Shown piece by piece: positions 60,501-64,000 of a stretch of 64,000 nucleotides of DNA; the first letter of the stretch is position 1, and every line of letters starts with the position of its first letter. A model generated the notes under the pieces. The model saw only the letters and a program-made list of their open reading frames with translations, ran no database searches and was not told the origin of the DNA. Source of the stretch: Puccinia triticina (lineage: Eukaryota); assembly GCA_026914245.1 (NCBI GenBank), contig CP110439.1:4278001-4342000 (forward strand), written 5' to 3'. The position numbers were made by a program, and so were the translations under genes.

Positions 60501-61682
60501 TTTTCCAGAGGGGAGAAGCAGGGGTGGGCTTTATTTGTACTTTTGCGTATTTGGGAGGTGGGTCCCACAATACATATATGGGCTGTGAACAAAAATAAAT
60601 AAAAATTTGCCAGACCAAATTGGTTGCCACTTTAGATTTGGAATCTACACACTCTGTAGACTCAAAGAATGTACTCTGTTAGAGTGCTGTACCCCTGACC
60701 CTGTTGAGATTTTCCCTCTGTAGCCCAACCAAGTTTTGCGGGCAGCTCTGTACAGTAGAATGTCACCCGCAACTGTACACACTGGGCTCTGTTGAAACTT
60801 GCGCACCCAATCATGCTCAACCTGCATGTGCACACTTTTCTTTCCTCACTTGCGCATGATCTGTGATCAACCAGTCTCAGAAACCCTAACCTAATTGGTC
60901 AAAGTATTGCCAACTCATTCCCCAACTCTCTCCCAGATCTTTTCTGTGACAAACCACGTCAATCTTCCACCTGCTTGCGGCTGACTTGTCTTATTTCTCT
61001 TGCTCACGACTCAACCAGCTCCACTCTGAAAACTTCTCCACTTCAAGATCAACTCAATGCCTGACACTCTTCTCAAGACTTGCTCCTCCTTTGGCAAAGC
61101 TTTAAATTGGACAGCCTATTTAGCTTCCAACTTGGTGAGAAATTCTCAACAAGCATTTCCCTTTGTTTTTCATCTCTCTTATCCTCTTCCTTGTTGCTAA
61201 TTTTCATCTCATTACTGTTTAGTCTTGTGTTAACCTAATATTTAGGGTTTGTTATTTCTTTTATTTTCCTGACCTTGACCAATCACTGACCATTTTAAAC
61301 TCTCAGCTACTCAAAAACTCTCCATCTTTCAACCATCTTAGTTGTCCATCTTCTTCCTTGCTGTCCTCTACTTTGGGCATTGTTTTCTTTTGCATAACTG
61401 TTTCTTATTTTGTTTTCTTTCAGTTCTTGTCTTTGTTTAGCAATAATAAAAAAACAGTCAGGTTCAATAGGCTCATCCATCTATCCAATCACAAAGTTTA
61501 GATGGCCACTTTCTATCTGTTTGACAGTACCTGGCACCTGCAGGCAGGTACCTGAGGGTACTAGGATTTTTGGTGCCATGGTGTGTGGCACACCAAAAGC
61601 ACCCCCCCCCCCCCCCTGGTGCGGGCACAAAGGGACCCAAACATCTCAATAACAGTGTTTGGATTGCACCTGCATGAACTTT

Positions 61683-62045
61683 GGCCCTGTTTGGACACAT
61701 CATAAGGGTAGGTGTTTATATATTGCACAAATCATTAAATGAAAAACAAAATATTAAAAATGTGGTACCTAAATGGTTTTTCAGGCAAGTTGAACAATTG
61801 ATCTCCTCAATATTTCAATCAGATTAAGAAAATTTGGAAAATTTGGTGCCATAATAGCAATATTACACTCTTGTTCAACGTAAAGTGTAATTATGCTTTT
61901 ATGGTGCTGATGATGGTCAAATTATTTCAATCTAATAAAAATATTGAGGGGATGCCTGAAAAAGAAATTAGGTACCACATTTCTAGTAGTTTGTTTTTTG
62001 TTCAATGATTTGTGCACCTACAGTTATGATGCATCCAAACAGGCC
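61683..62045. mobile_element. Degenerate hairpin MITE of the GGCCCTGTTTGG TIR family
   Basis: GGCCCTGTTTGGACACATCATAA ... TTATGATGCATCCAAACAGGCC with inverted internal arms. TSD not clear. Confidence 0.7.
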
Positions 62046-62394
62046 TTGTACTTTTTGAAAGAAAACCCAACTTTGTTTGAATTGAAGATGATGGTTTAAG
62101 TTAAGCTTCACAACTCCTTAATTATGGTTATTAATTACTAACACCCAGACAAAAAAAGAACACATCACACAATTCTGAATCTGAAAATGTGAAGACTTTC
62201 TCACTCTGGAGGAATTAAAAGAGTTTTACACTATGGTTCAAAAAATAATTAATTAATGCATGACTTAGTGGCTCAATAGGACGGTTTGCGTAGGGATTTT
62301 TTAACCCTGCTGATGTTATAAATCAGCAAGCCTTCCCAGCCAAATTGGCTGGGACCGTGGGATAAACTTTATTTCAGTCTTGCTGATTTTGGCC

Positions 62395-63992
62395 CTACAT
62401 GAACCATCCTAATAGCTCAACAAAATTTGTAAAGTTATGAATAGCCAATTGGTAAAGACCATGCCAAGCACAAAACCAACTATGATAATACTCCTTATCT
62501 GGAAAGTCTGTGGTGTGAACAAAATGAGAGAGTATAAGAACCATAGGAGTGTCTAAATGGGTTTTCAGTGTGGCAGCCATCTTCAAGAGCTGGGATCTAC
62601 TTGTATCCACGTGTTCTTCATAGCCTGAACTTAGTTGAGAGTGGAATTTGTGGAGTTCATCCTTGACAATTACGATTGATCCGGCTAGAGATTCGATTTG
62701 CACCGAACTCATCTTGGTAGAATATGGGAGAGCTTTTAAATTGATCCCGCGTCTAGAAATCTTGAGGAAAAAAATCTTGCACAGCTTCTTGATTGGTATT
62801 GATAACTTGGCTAGCTTGAGGGCTGGTTCGCGGGAGACACTCCTTATACGCCGTAGGCCATTTATGCCTGGTATGGAAATGGGCATTTCCCATATTGTAT
62901 CCATGGAGCGTAACTTTGCAGGCCAAAGATTTTGGGCAACATCGAGCTCAGATCCCCTTAGTATCATGATGGCCGAACCGATTGAACGCAACGCACATGG
63001 TATATATTCGTCGAGAGAATCTCTACTAACTCCACATGAAGATCTCCTAGACAATTTCTTGGATGATAGCTGTATTTCATGAATGAGTCGATATGCCCAA
63101 CGAGAAATTAGACACAATGTGCCCAAAAAACCCCCACCATAAGACTGGAATGCCCTTTTCAGGTGGCAGAGCCTGTAGGATTTTAAACTTCCAAGATGTT
63201 GATCATCGGCTCGATGTGGTGTACATAGCGATTCTGGATAGACACTGGTGATGATATGTTGAATTTGATCGGTGATGCGCTCGAGCTCTGATTGGATCTC
63301 GGAGATCAGTTGGAGTTTTGAGCCAGGTTCGTCCGTTATTTCTGAAGGGTTAAGTGCCAGTGAGAGAACGTTGATTTGGTGATGTAGGAGAGGTAGAAGG
63401 CTCGATTGTAGCCGATCTAACAGAAATTGCTTGGAATTGACATGATCATCAACAGAGACAGTCGAGATATTCGCATTTATCGATTGTTGAGGACGGTAAT
63501 CAATAATGGCGTTTCGAGAGTATTTGCTGATCAATTGTTTAAATCCCTGGACCACGCGATCTGCAGTGAAATAAAGAATTTTCAAGGCGTTAGTTGAAGT
63601 GTTACCAATGCAAAGCTTGATAATTTATGGGGAGAATAGGTCATACCTCCTTGGTGCCAATGCTGCTGATGTCTCAGATCGTCGGAATCGGATAGCTTAC
63701 TGCTGGAGTCGGATGATTTACTGCTGGAGTCGGACGATTCACTGCTGGACGATTCACTGCTGGACGATTCACTGCTAGACGATTCACTGCTGGACGATTC
63801 GCTGCTAGATTCGGACGATTCGCTGCTAGATTCGGACGATTCGCTGCTAGATTCGGACGATTCGCTGCTAGATTCGGACGATTCACTGCTCGAGTTGGAC
63901 GAGTCAATGCTCGAATTAGATGATTGACTACTGGGGTCGACCATTGGTTCACTGCTTGAATCGTGTGATTCGCTGCTTGATAAGTTGGCCAT
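62395..63992 (-). CDS. Rust-type hypothetical family protein, paralogue 3, with a Ser-rich N-terminal repeat (2 exons, ~503 aa)
   Basis: Exon 1 is 63992-63647 ((SSESSES)n...QQHWHQG). Intron 63646-63561. Exon 2 carries DRVVQGF, LLPLLHHQI, GSELDVAQ and WFCAWH. The ATG is near the window edge. Confidence 0.87.
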
Positions 63993-64000
63993 CTTCTTTG

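Overview
Eukaryotic, repeat-dense DNA with short GT-AG introns. The gene families and TE landscape point to a rust fungus (Puccinia-like); this is inference. Six host genes are supported: RIB7, BUD22, a signal-peptide/TM/PPxY membrane protein, and three paralogues of a rust-type hypothetical family. Most of the rest is nested transposons: an apparently intact, very young Ty3/Gypsy element (50059-58338), a Gag-only relative (29313-35664), several solo LTRs, a nearly intact hAT, a decayed hAT, and many PIF/Harbinger-, hAT- and Tc1-type non-autonomous elements and MITEs. Four signals stand out. (1) All seven delimitable insertions of TGTGGT-starting LTRs have 4-bp TSDs centred on CpG, four of them ACGC. 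(2) A 637-bp TRIM carries a tRNA-like Pol III unit in each LTR. (3) Two Gypsy elements share a ~50-nt PBS copied from mature tRNA-Tyr. (4) A ~90-nt cis-module recurs four times in the intact Gypsy, which also has a clear -1 frameshift signal. All coordinates and comparisons were read by eye; no searches were run.
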